Positions 10,794 through 19,905 of a DNA stretch of 64,000 bases are shown in pieces. Within the stretch, counting starts at the first letter, position 1. Every line of letters starts with the position of its first letter. The stretch is from a virus (lineage: Duplodnaviria; Caudoviricetes): the IMG/VR virus record IMGVR_UViG_3300021254_000020, positions 202,421 through 266,420 of that record. One strand, 5' to 3'. The notes under the pieces are model-generated. The model did no database searches and was not told the origin of the DNA. It was given only the letters and a program-made list of their open reading frames with translations. The position numbers and the translations under genes were made by a program.

Positions 10794-11984
10794 ATGCCAT
10801 TTACTAGCATCACAGACCCGAAAGACTTTGTATTGAAAACTAAATTGAATGAGTCTGAAGCATTGGCTAATGATAGTATCAATACTCCAGTTCCTGATTC
10901 TAATAAACCTGATACTGATACAAAAGAGAAACCGTTGATCATCAACCAGTATGATCCTAACGCTAAGAAAAACATTCGTATGAATGAAGCTACTAAAAAA
11001 TTGATCTGGGAATATATGGATATGACTGATATTCCTACAGTCAATACTGTATGTGCTATGAATGAGGCTGAACATAACACTATGCTGGTTAGCCTTACTA
11101 ATAAGCTATACGAGATGATTGTAGACAAGGTCGATTCAATTGATTTCGGTGAGATTCCTCAGACTAAGGGCGATATTTCTAAGTTGAGTAAATTTGAACA
11201 GCTCAATGAATGTCATAGAGTACTGCGGGAAATCTTTGAACAATACCATGAGAATACTAAACCTATCTTGGAACTAGAAAATGCAGTTACCAATATTGAG
11301 AGCATGAAAGATATCTTTATTGGGGCTTATCTCTGTAAAGCTAACTTCCCTATAACTGTATATCAGACTATGACTCTTGCTGTTCTTAATGCTACTAGCT
11401 TTATGATCGCTAGCTGCATTGAATACATTAAGAATCCTAAGGCTGAAGGGCTTACTATTGTTCTTAATAAAACTGGTGTGGCTAAGGCTAAAGACCATCT
11501 TGTATATGAGACATTGGTTGACTTCAATGAAGCTTGCCGTAAGGGTGATGTACAAAACGCATTGAAGCCGTTTGTTCAGCATAAGATTCGTGGCTTTGCT
11601 ATGACAGCTGCTCTTGGTATCAAAGCAGTACTGGTTATTGGTGCAGTAGTTTTGGCTATTCTTCCGATGATTAAAGACTTGGTATATTTCTACTACAGTG
11701 CTCGTGCTAGAGTATCTCAGTACTTTGATATTCAAGCTAAGCTGCTGGAGATGAATGCTCAGGAACTCAAAGATAATCCTGATATTCAGACGGTGGATGA
11801 TCGTAAATCGGTTATTAGTCGTCAGCTCAGTATTGCTAGAAACTTCCATGACCTTGCTAACTTCATTGGAGTAGACGCTAAGACTAGTGAAGTTAAAGCA
11901 ACTAAAGAGATCAAGAATGATTCTCGTAAATATAAGATCGATGATGTAGAGACTAATCCATCTACAGATGGTCCCCTATTCTAA
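10794..11984 (+). CDS. virion structural (probable head/ejection) protein
   Basis: 396 aa; LNES, MNEA sites; hydrophobic segment AVLVIGAVVLAILP; same operon as 9364. Confidence 0.6.
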   Translation: MPFTSITDPKDFVLKTKLNESEALANDSINTPVPDSNKPDTDTKEKPLIINQYDPNAKKNIRMNEATKKLIWEYMDMTDIPTVNTVCAMNEAEHNTMLVSLTNKLYEMIVDKVDSIDFGEIPQTKGDISKLSKFEQLNECHRVLREIFEQYHENTKPILELENAVTNIESMKDIFIGAYLCKANFPITVYQTMTLAVLNATSFMIASCIEYIKNPKAEGLTIVLNKTGVAKAKDHLVYETLVDFNEACRKGDVQNALKPFVQHKIRGFAMTAALGIKAVLVIGAVVLAILPMIKDLVYFYYSARARVSQYFDIQAKLLEMNAQELKDNPDIQTVDDRKSVISRQLSIARNFHDLANFIGVDAKTSEVKATKEIKNDSRKYKIDDVETNPSTDGPLF

Positions 11985-11999
11985 GAAGGAGGGTATACA

Positions 12000-13115
12000 A
12001 TGATTATGGATTTAAATTCTCCCTCTAATGCAAGTCTAATTTTGGAGAAACTGAAAGAGGAAGAAGCAATTCAGTTATATCCTAAACAGAAACCTCTTAC
12101 TGAGGCTGAAGAATATATCAAAAATATGCAGGAACTCTATGAAAGCACTCAGAAAGGTATCGATGCTAATAATGAATATAATCGCAATATCGAAGTAGCT
12201 AAAGAGGCTACTAAAGCAGAACTGCTAACTGCTGGCCTGTATAATACCTTTGTAGAACCTGTATGTGAGTCTCTTTTGGCTACCAGTCGTGAAAAAGATG
12301 TAGCCTATAACATTATTAGAGATATGGTTCAAGAAGAGGGTACTGATAATCTGCTATACAAGATGAGATATACCAATCAGTATCTTGCTGAAGCAGCGCA
12401 TAGATTGGATCTCATGTATGACTCCTATTGTGAAGGAGTAGAATGTAAGATCAAAGAAGGATTGTCTGAAAAGGACGTTTGTGATATTGAAGATAAAGAT
12501 ATCAAAAAATATATCGACGACTGCAAAGATAACTCTAATAAGGATCTTACTAATATAATCTTCCGCAGAGTTGAAGGAGCTGTATCTGACTTCATTGATG
12601 ATAAGAAGAAATCACAGTTCCGTATCAAACAGATCTATGATGATGCTAAAAAGAAGATTGAAGATTACAATCAGGCTAGCAATGCTGTAAACGCAGTTAA
12701 GCAGACTGATGGTGAAACGATGGACGGTATGGATCCTGATGCAATGGCTGGTGATACTCTGAATGCTAAATTGGATAACCAGCAGAATCAGGAGATTGTA
12801 GGTGCTGGCATGACTCCCGCTCAGGAAGCTATGGCTTGGGCTAAGGGTCAAGAGAGTGATATCTTAGATGAGCACTATAATGTGTTCGATGCTATGGTAC
12901 GTGTGTTGGTAGAATCCACCCATCGTAATGACAAGATCAAATCGCAATACATTAATGAATCAAATAAATTGAACTTCAATAAGATTATCGGAGACGTCCG
13001 TGGTATGTATACTGTATTGGAAGCATTCAATACTGTATGTCTCATTGATGCCAACGAGGATTATGTGAAGAATATGATTCATGAAATGTATGAAAATGCA
13101 AAATCCTCTATATAA
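12000..13115 (+). CDS. virion structural (probable head) protein
   Basis: 371 aa, acidic/helical; LTEA and INES sites; last gene of the late operon. Confidence 0.6.
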   Translation: MIMDLNSPSNASLILEKLKEEEAIQLYPKQKPLTEAEEYIKNMQELYESTQKGIDANNEYNRNIEVAKEATKAELLTAGLYNTFVEPVCESLLATSREKDVAYNIIRDMVQEEGTDNLLYKMRYTNQYLAEAAHRLDLMYDSYCEGVECKIKEGLSEKDVCDIEDKDIKKYIDDCKDNSNKDLTNIIFRRVEGAVSDFIDDKKKSQFRIKQIYDDAKKKIEDYNQASNAVNAVKQTDGETMDGMDPDAMAGDTLNAKLDNQQNQEIVGAGMTPAQEAMAWAKGQESDILDEHYNVFDAMVRVLVESTHRNDKIKSQYINESNKLNFNKIIGDVRGMYTVLEAFNTVCLIDANEDYVKNMIHEMYENAKSSI

Positions 13116-13127
13116 GCTCTAAAAAGG

Positions 13128-13163
13128 GTTGGCGTGTGTAGGAACACACGCCACTCTATTTTG
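13128..13163 (+). terminator. Rho-independent terminator
   Basis: GGCGTGTGT/ACACACGCC stem followed by a T-rich tail. Confidence 0.65.
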
Positions 13164-13265
13164 TATGTAATTTACAAAAAATAAAGGATCTAATTCAAGC
13201 TCACTCCCTATAATTAAAAAAGAGATACCCCAATAAGGGGTATCTCTAAAATGCTGGATAAATTC

Positions 13266-14228
13266 TTATCCACGAAGAGCCTCAACAACTTCGCCGAGAG
13301 CTGCTGCATCTTCTTCGTTGAATTCGGGATCTCCGCCAAGAGTTTTCTTCCATACCCATTTACCACCGACAAACAACAGTACGCCAGTTCCTGCTGCTGC
13401 TGCCAAGCTCGTTTTCGGATGCTGGAACATCCACAGCTTCATGCTGTCAGTCCAACCAAACTGACCATTCTGATTCGGCTGTATACCCATCATCATAGCT
13501 GCCTGATTCGCCAGCTGCTGTCCAGTTACCTGAGCCTGAGGCTGAACTACCTGCTGATTGATCGGCTGCTGCGGAATGGTCTGCTGTTGTGCCTGGGGCT
13601 GAGGCTGCTGAACTGCCTGCTGTACCGGCTGCTGATACTGACCCATCATCTGTGCTGCTGCATTGTTATTCATTTCCATGATATATCTCTCCTTTACTTT
13701 CTGACCTAAGTCGGTCACCTTCTGAAATAAACTTCTGTTTTGTTCCATTTGAGGAACCTCCCCATTTGCCATTCTTGGTAACAGACGTGCATCATAGGAG
13801 GGGAACCTATTCTGCATATCTACTAACTGTTCCCATCTAATGTATCTTTCAATATCTATAGGATGTGCTCCCATAGGTAATGAAGGATCATAGTCAGGAA
13901 CCATAATTGGTGGTATTTGGATACCTTTTTGCTGTGCTGCTGAAAGTACCCAAGCTACCTTTTGACGAGCTTGCTCTGCAAGTTCTGGTGTCCATTGAGG
14001 AAGGCTACCAATAGGTACTCTGGTTACCACATCCATCAATGGACCTTTGTACACACCTTGGTTTTTCAATTCAGCTAATCCCTCCTCAATACTATTTGGT
14101 TGAGTTACTGTAGTATAGTACCACGGAACTATTCCCGCATACTTAAATACATTCTCCCAACCATGCATGGATGACTGTCCAGCTGTCGCAGTCATATGTG
14201 GGACAGCTTCGTAGTTTTTACTCATCAT
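13266..14228 (-). CDS. Gln-rich protein with C-terminal membrane anchor
   Basis: 320 aa, poly-Q region, hydrophobic LAAAAGTGVLLFVGG; AGGAGG RBS; early motif at 14307-14315; terminator hairpin at 13215-13248. Confidence 0.8.
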   Translation of the reverse strand: MMSKNYEAVPHMTATAGQSSMHGWENVFKYAGIVPWYYTTVTQPNSIEEGLAELKNQGVYKGPLMDVVTRVPIGSLPQWTPELAEQARQKVAWVLSAAQQKGIQIPPIMVPDYDPSLPMGAHPIDIERYIRWEQLVDMQNRFPSYDARLLPRMANGEVPQMEQNRSLFQKVTDLGQKVKERYIMEMNNNAAAQMMGQYQQPVQQAVQQPQPQAQQQTIPQQPINQQVVQPQAQVTGQQLANQAAMMMGIQPNQNGQFGWTDSMKLWMFQHPKTSLAAAAGTGVLLFVGGKWVWKKTLGGDPEFNEEDAAALGEVVEALRG

Positions 14229-14339
14229 TATACCTCCTTTCTTCTATGAGTAAAAAATCCAAGGTTAAAATGGTCGAATAGAAGCATTCCTGCTTCTATT
14301 CACTTCTATAATATACAATCATATTTTCGTTTACCAAGC

Positions 14340-14470
14340 AAAAAATTAAGTAGGTAATAACACGGCAATATTATTTCTCTACTTAATTCTTTCGTTGATA
14401 AGGTTAGCCTAGATACCAAAATATAATATTTAATTTAATGAGGTTCCCTATTCCTCGTATCCTTATCATT
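14340..14470 (-). ncRNA. candidate small structured RNA
   Basis: ORF-free segment between an early motif (14473-14481) and an AATTAAGTAG/CTACTTAATT stem plus T-run; internal TGATAAGG/CCTTATCA pairing. Confidence 0.35.
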
Positions 14471-14544
14471 ATTATAGTATATAGCTGTAATTTGCTTTAC
14501 AAAAAAATACCTCCCAAGTGGGAGGCAAATTATTATTATCACAA

Positions 14545-15138
14545 TTAGGCGAGCATGGCATCAAACCATGTCCAATCTTTCTTATAGTATTTCTTATCAG
14601 CGAAAACAGCTTCAATCGGTTTGATCTTGCCTTCTGAATAGGCAATCGCATCAGACTCTAATCTGCCCAATCCATAGATCCCCCATTTTTCATCTTTATG
14701 ATATGCACCCATATCTAATCCATTGTCGATGATATACCGGAATTGCATACAGTGTCGATACTCATGTGCTATAGTTCTATGGATACATTCTCTCAGCTTA
14801 TCCGCAGAAATTCCAACACCAAGTGTAGTAGCCATCCATATAATGCTATTAGCTACTGTTTTTGGTATATTATTTGATTCTGAAATATCTTTTTGAAAAT
14901 TGTAAATAATACTTTCTGGATAAAATGAAACACCGCATAACTCATCTGGGATATTTCTTCTATATGTTACTTTCGTATGGGTCATACCCATAGCTTTATA
15001 ATTTCCAAAACAGAATCCAGATGAACTATGTTTATTATCTGGTAATCCTTCTCTAATCTCCACTTTGCATGGGAAATCAAAGTCTCTCAATTCCTCTGCA
15101 AAAATCTTTGCGATGTTTCTCTCATTTAATCTAAACAT
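14545..15138 (-). CDS. zincin-type metallopeptidase-like protein (HEXXH)
   Basis: TIAHEYRHCMQ followed by LESDAIAY (third-ligand E). Confidence 0.7.
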   Translation of the reverse strand: MFRLNERNIAKIFAEELRDFDFPCKVEIREGLPDNKHSSSGFCFGNYKAMGMTHTKVTYRRNIPDELCGVSFYPESIIYNFQKDISESNNIPKTVANSIIWMATTLGVGISADKLRECIHRTIAHEYRHCMQFRYIIDNGLDMGAYHKDEKWGIYGLGRLESDAIAYSEGKIKPIEAVFADKKYYKKDWTWFDAMLA

Positions 15139-15140
15139 GA

Positions 15141-15449
15141 TTACTCCTCCTCCATTAAGCTATCAATGACGATTGACATATGTTTGCTATCATTTGGATC
15201 ATAATTCTTAATGTACTTCCATGGGTCTTCATATGGTGGTAAATAACATTGTTTCTTATTAACCCTCATATGATATGGAATCCATCCCCTCACATTCCAT
15301 GGACCAACACATATAGATATTTCCCTATGTTGGAAATGATCATCGATCTCATGCTTGAGATCTAAGAATACGGTTGGTCCTCCTAGAATTATTGCTACAA
15401 TTATTAGGAATATGGTTCTAGGTATGAATTTGCTGTCCATCTTACTCAC
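15141..15449 (-). CDS. small membrane protein
   Basis: N-terminal hydrophobic helix IFLIIVAIILGG; early motif at 15475-15483. Confidence 0.7.
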   Translation of the reverse strand: MSKMDSKFIPRTIFLIIVAIILGGPTVFLDLKHEIDDHFQHREISICVGPWNVRGWIPYHMRVNKKQCYLPPYEDPWKYIKNYDPNDSKHMSIVIDSLMEEE

Positions 15450-15546
15450 CTCCTAATATGGACTTATTCACTACTATAATATATTAATAAAAAATAGGCA
15501 AGTTACAAAAATAAGGAGAGGCCAATTAAGGCCTCTCCCATTGATA

Positions 15547-15906
15547 TCATTTAGCTTCTCTCTCCATTATTTCTTTAAGTATAACTTCCTGAATATTGTT
15601 GTAGTCATTGGTCTCTTCAAATATAGTACCAATAACAGCCTTATGATCTGGTTTAGATACATCAATTAGATTCTCAAATCCATCTAAAATTGGACCTATA
15701 TCTGCCCATGTTAGTTTGTCATTACATCTCTTATTTATCTCATTTATGATATTAAGTATACGAGCTGCATACTCACTCATAATCTGATGATATTTTAGGC
15801 TATGTTTCACATCATTCATTATAGATAACAATTCTTCTTTTGGGGTTGGCACTAGGTCTTCTACATTCAACTCCTTTTTACTAAATAGATCGAACACTTT
15901 GGACAA
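15547..15906 (-). CDS. hypothetical protein
   Basis: 119-aa ORF, TTG start with GGAGG RBS, early motif at 15949-15957, terminator hairpin downstream. Confidence 0.7.
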   Translation of the reverse strand: MSKVFDLFSKKELNVEDLVPTPKEELLSIMNDVKHSLKYHQIMSEYAARILNIINEINKRCNDKLTWADIGPILDGFENLIDVSKPDHKAVIGTIFEETNDYNNIQEVILKEIMEREAK

Positions 15907-16010
15907 TTCTCATTTCCTCCTAATAATATATTTTTGGTATACCACTTCTATAGTATATAACTGACAAAGGATTACCCTAGGGAATCAAATCCCTAGGGTA
16001 ATATACAACC

Positions 16011-16427
16011 TCATACACGAATGACATATTCTCCAGGACCATAAGATTCTAGGGATGCGAATATTGGTAGATAACTATAATGGGAGATTCGATTTAGAAC
16101 AAAGCATTGTTCTTCATCAGTCAACAGATGGCGATACGTATTAAATTGATTTAATACATAATGAGTCCATACTGATGCTAGATCTCTAAACTCACGTACC
16201 TTATCACTACTATTAATAGTAGATAAGATATGAATAGCTCGATCTACTCCAATATCTATACCCTTAAGAATATACTGACTTCCTAATGTGAATCTAGATA
16301 AACTATCATTACTGAACATACCAGCTCTTAATAGCTTAATCTTAATAGTGCTCAGCATGTTTAAATCATTTCTCATGATATCCGGAGTTTCATTAACGTA
16401 AGGTAAGTTTGTATACAACGTACTCAT
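16011..16427 (-). CDS. hypothetical protein
   Basis: 138-aa ORF coupled (ATGA overlap) to the resolvase gene; hairpin at 15970-16001. Confidence 0.7.
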   Translation of the reverse strand: MSTLYTNLPYVNETPDIMRNDLNMLSTIKIKLLRAGMFSNDSLSRFTLGSQYILKGIDIGVDRAIHILSTINSSDKVREFRDLASVWTHYVLNQFNTYRHLLTDEEQCFVLNRISHYSYLPIFASLESYGPGEYVIRV

Positions 16428-17143
16428 TCCTTCCTGAAATAGGTTACGTTGTCCGCATTTTCTACTCTTTTTACTACTGAATCATACTGTATTCTGTTGT
16501 AGAGCATATTGAGGTATCTTAATGATATCTCAACTCTTGGTAGAATAGAATAGTATTTAGCCATACTAGATTCTATAACTAGAGCATCGTCTAGCCATAC
16601 ATTACCATTATACATATCACTATACTTCTTCTCTAAGTTATCAAAATCTGGTTTAGTAATTGGTCTAATCATTCCCAATTCTGCCAAGTAAGTATCAATC
16701 GCATTAAATTGACTAGGGGTGTGGATATATGCTTCGTAGTGTACAATACAAGGAGTATTAATCAGGTAGTCGGCCTCTAATAGTTCTTGTTCAGATAATA
16801 ACCGTTTCATAAAAGTTCTATCAGCATCACCAGTAATAGAATAAATCTGTATAAATCCAGGATTGGCTTTAGCTGCTGCCACGGCATTACTACGCTTTAT
16901 ATATCTTGCTCTTGGTCTTGGTGCTCCTTCTGGTTCTTCGTATAGAATTATTTTTAGCTCCTTAGAGAATCGTAATGCACCCATCATTTCGTTTCTCATT
17001 TTAAAAATAGTATCGGCCTTGGCTGGAGTTAGGTGTAGATGCTCATACATCCAATCTAGCCTTTGTTGATAGTCTCTAGGGATCTCGCTATACTTTTTAG
17101 CATAGATCTCTTCTTTTTGTTTTCTTGATTTAGATACTGCCAT
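16424..17143 (-). CDS. rusA: RusA-family Holliday junction resolvase
   Basis: PEGAPRPR...KPDFDNLEKKYSD...VWLDDALV...KYYS..PRVEI, the canonical RusA motif set. Confidence 0.85.
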   Translation of the reverse strand: MAVSKSRKQKEEIYAKKYSEIPRDYQQRLDWMYEHLHLTPAKADTIFKMRNEMMGALRFSKELKIILYEEPEGAPRPRARYIKRSNAVAAAKANPGFIQIYSITGDADRTFMKRLLSEQELLEADYLINTPCIVHYEAYIHTPSQFNAIDTYLAELGMIRPITKPDFDNLEKKYSDMYNGNVWLDDALVIESSMAKYYSILPRVEISLRYLNMLYNRIQYDSVVKRVENADNVTYFRKE

Positions 17144-17258
17144 ATATAGCTCCCTTTTTTAATATATTGACACGTATATCGAAACGCATCTTTACTATCC
17201 AGTATAATAAAAAATAAAAAATAGCAGCCCCAATACGAGGCTGCTACCCTTTTCTCTC

Positions 17259-17552
17259 TTAACGAGAAGCATAAGAGGAGTTCAACATCATTGCATCCTG
17301 CCAGATCTGAGGACTCAGTTCCTCATGATAGATAATCCTAAGACGTGCTTCATACAGCTTCAAGTTCTCGATAAGGGTTCCTTCATGGATCCACTTAATC
17401 AGTAACTCCTGTGTCTGCTGCTGAATGTGCTGTTTGGACTGCTCTTGCTGTCTCAGCATCTGAGTAGTAGCCTCGACATTCTCTCTCACCTTATCGCTTC
17501 CAAAATACATTGTGGCTGCCCCGGCAGCAAAACCAAACACGAAACCCAACAT
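17259..17552 (-). CDS. small protein with N-terminal membrane segment
   Basis: MLGFVFGFAAGAATMYF; GGAGG RBS; early motif at 17611-17619. Confidence 0.75.
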   Translation of the reverse strand: MLGFVFGFAAGAATMYFGSDKVRENVEATTQMLRQQEQSKQHIQQQTQELLIKWIHEGTLIENLKLYEARLRIIYHEELSPQIWQDAMMLNSSYASR

Positions 17553-17642
17553 AAAAAATACCTCCTTTGATTATACGTATAGAGACATCCTAATTGTCTC
17601 TATTCACTATTATAGTATATAATCAAAGAGAGGATTGACTTA

Positions 17643-19823
17643 TCACATTTTGTTTCTGCTGAAATTCCAGAAATTCTGAACTAATGAGAATGTATTCTTA
17701 ACTATATCTACTGGTACACTTACTATAGCATCTTGAAGTCTATTAGCACCTTTAATCATCCACCACAGTTCTAGTGTACGGCTCAAGCTGGCTGGTGCTA
17801 CGTTTACTCCGCAGAGATTGGCTAAATAATCTAATTGAGCAGGATTGGAGAGAATAGTATTATTACTCTTACCCATAGATTGTGTCATAACAGAATACAA
17901 GTCTTTTATAGATAGTTGCACTGTTATCTGAGTAGGTAAACCTTCTTGAGTCCAGCATCCCTGATCACCTTTAACTATTTCACAAGAGGTTACTATACCC
18001 ATATCTATATGGAACATTGATTTATAGAATGCTCTAACTAGAAATGGGGAAATATATGTATTATCACCTGCACAACGAGGTAGGCAGAATCCCATAATAT
18101 GAATTAGAGGAACTAGTATATTTAGGTATATTGACAATGGATCGCAATCTGGGGAGTCTAATTTGATAGTAACATTATAACTTCTACCAAATTGAGAATC
18201 TGCCCAAATCTCTGGGAAATACATTCTACCACCAGCTAGTAGTGAAGTAATATTACCTACAATTGAATTGAACAACCCTTTACCATTACCTATTTTACTA
18301 TCTTCTCCTGATAATTTGGAAGTAGCACTAGTAGTATCAGTCTTAGATCCTATTCCAGTGAGATCAGTCATTGATGATTGCAACCCACCCATTATAAACA
18401 TTGCTTCCATAGCCTTATCAGAAATACCATTGATTTGTCCAGCTATACCTGATTGTCTGGTTTGAGTTCCTAAACTTTCTTGTACTTGAGCTTCTGAGTT
18501 TATATAGAATTGTACTGCTCCATGGTAGTACGATGCTATATTAAATCCTGAATTAAATGCCCAGTTGAATGACCCTAGTTTATCACCACTACCAACTTTC
18601 ATAGCTTCATTATATGCTGAACCAAAAATTTCTCCAGATGAATTATCTCTAGATGCCGCATTAATACTAGGAACGCTTACTTTATCTAGTCCTAAGAATG
18701 TAGCCACAGCTCTGCAAGCAGAATTAACGGTATAATAGTATTCTGATGATGCTAATTTGAAGGAGTAGTATTCTCCTCCATTACCATTGATAATTTTTTC
18801 TAACTCATCACTACCAGTTATACCAACTATTGCTTCCCCTATCTTTTCTTTTGCACTATTAGTATATCCTCGTAGAAATATAGCCTCACCAGGCTGCATA
18901 ATCATAATAGGAGCTCTACTAACTATCTTCTCTCTATATTTTCTTCCAAACATCGTTAAATCGCTAGTAGCTTTTCTAACATCGTTTGCTGGGCGAAGAT
19001 CTGTACTGGGTAAGAATTGATATGGCATACCAAATACATGTCTGATATCACCATCTTTAAGATTCAAAGCTGCTTGCCTATATGCAGCAGTGGATCTATC
19101 TCTTAGCATATCCAATTCTTCCATTATAGAATTACTATATTTCTCTCGTTCCTCCATATCTTGTCTTTCAAACTCATTATAGGTTATTCCACTAGCACTA
19201 CCATTACTAACAGCGTTACCTAATTTGGCATCAGTAGCTTTCATAGTATACGTCTTGCCATCTTTCTCAAATGTGATATTACCATTCTCATCAGGACCGC
19301 TGGTTAAAATACTCATATTATTAGAATCAGTTATCCCAATCTCTTCTGCTGTATAAGTAGTTCCATCTTCTGCTACTACCTGAGCATTTTTATTGGTAGA
19401 TATGATTTCTGAACCATTGATGCTATCTGAGCTATTTGCCTCTTCTTGTTTAGCAGTATCACTGTCTGCAGGAATACCATCTGTGGTTGTGGATGTATCA
19501 ACAGTAGCTATACCAACCTCTTCTGTATCTGGAATTGATTCGCCATCGTATATTGGATTACCATCATCATCTAATATAGGATCTGAAGTAAATCTCATCA
19601 TTCTTATTTTAGGAATTGCTTCTCTATAGTTAGCTGGGTCTTTATCTATACTTAGATCATTAGTCTTAAATATATAATTACCAGCAGAGGTTCTCAACCA
19701 ACCTGCTTCTTCTGCTGCTACATATACTAGCTTATTCTTGCCTATTACATTTATTACTCTAGCATCACCGCTAGGTGTTTGTCTAACAAGTACCGGTGCA
19801 CCAGTAACCTTATATATTACCAT
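17643..19823 (-). CDS. virion tail/baseplate protein with N-terminal SH3b-like domain
   Basis: N-terminal VLVRQTPS..ARVINVI.K...VAAEEAGWL fits SH3b; C-terminal FPEIWADSQF.RSY...SPFLVRAF...GIVTS...GLPT tube/hub-like block; follows the tape measure gene; late motif at 19850-19863. Confidence 0.6.
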   Translation of the reverse strand: MVIYKVTGAPVLVRQTPSGDARVINVIGKNKLVYVAAEEAGWLRTSAGNYIFKTNDLSIDKDPANYREAIPKIRMMRFTSDPILDDDGNPIYDGESIPDTEEVGIATVDTSTTTDGIPADSDTAKQEEANSSDSINGSEIISTNKNAQVVAEDGTTYTAEEIGITDSNNMSILTSGPDENGNITFEKDGKTYTMKATDAKLGNAVSNGSASGITYNEFERQDMEEREKYSNSIMEELDMLRDRSTAAYRQAALNLKDGDIRHVFGMPYQFLPSTDLRPANDVRKATSDLTMFGRKYREKIVSRAPIMIMQPGEAIFLRGYTNSAKEKIGEAIVGITGSDELEKIINGNGGEYYSFKLASSEYYYTVNSACRAVATFLGLDKVSVPSINAASRDNSSGEIFGSAYNEAMKVGSGDKLGSFNWAFNSGFNIASYYHGAVQFYINSEAQVQESLGTQTRQSGIAGQINGISDKAMEAMFIMGGLQSSMTDLTGIGSKTDTTSATSKLSGEDSKIGNGKGLFNSIVGNITSLLAGGRMYFPEIWADSQFGRSYNVTIKLDSPDCDPLSIYLNILVPLIHIMGFCLPRCAGDNTYISPFLVRAFYKSMFHIDMGIVTSCEIVKGDQGCWTQEGLPTQITVQLSIKDLYSVMTQSMGKSNNTILSNPAQLDYLANLCGVNVAPASLSRTLELWWMIKGANRLQDAIVSVPVDIVKNTFSLVQNFWNFSRNKM

Positions 19824-19863
19824 TGGGATCCTCCTCCCTATCTATTTCAATTACAGCAATGTC

Positions 19864-19893
19864 AGGGGTAGCGGAATTTACCGCTACCCCCAA
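19864..19893. terminator. Rho-independent terminator-like hairpin
   Basis: GGGGTAGCGG/CCGCTACCCC perfect stem just after the tape-measure stop. Confidence 0.6.
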
Positions 19894-19905
19894 CTAATTT
19901 GTGTG

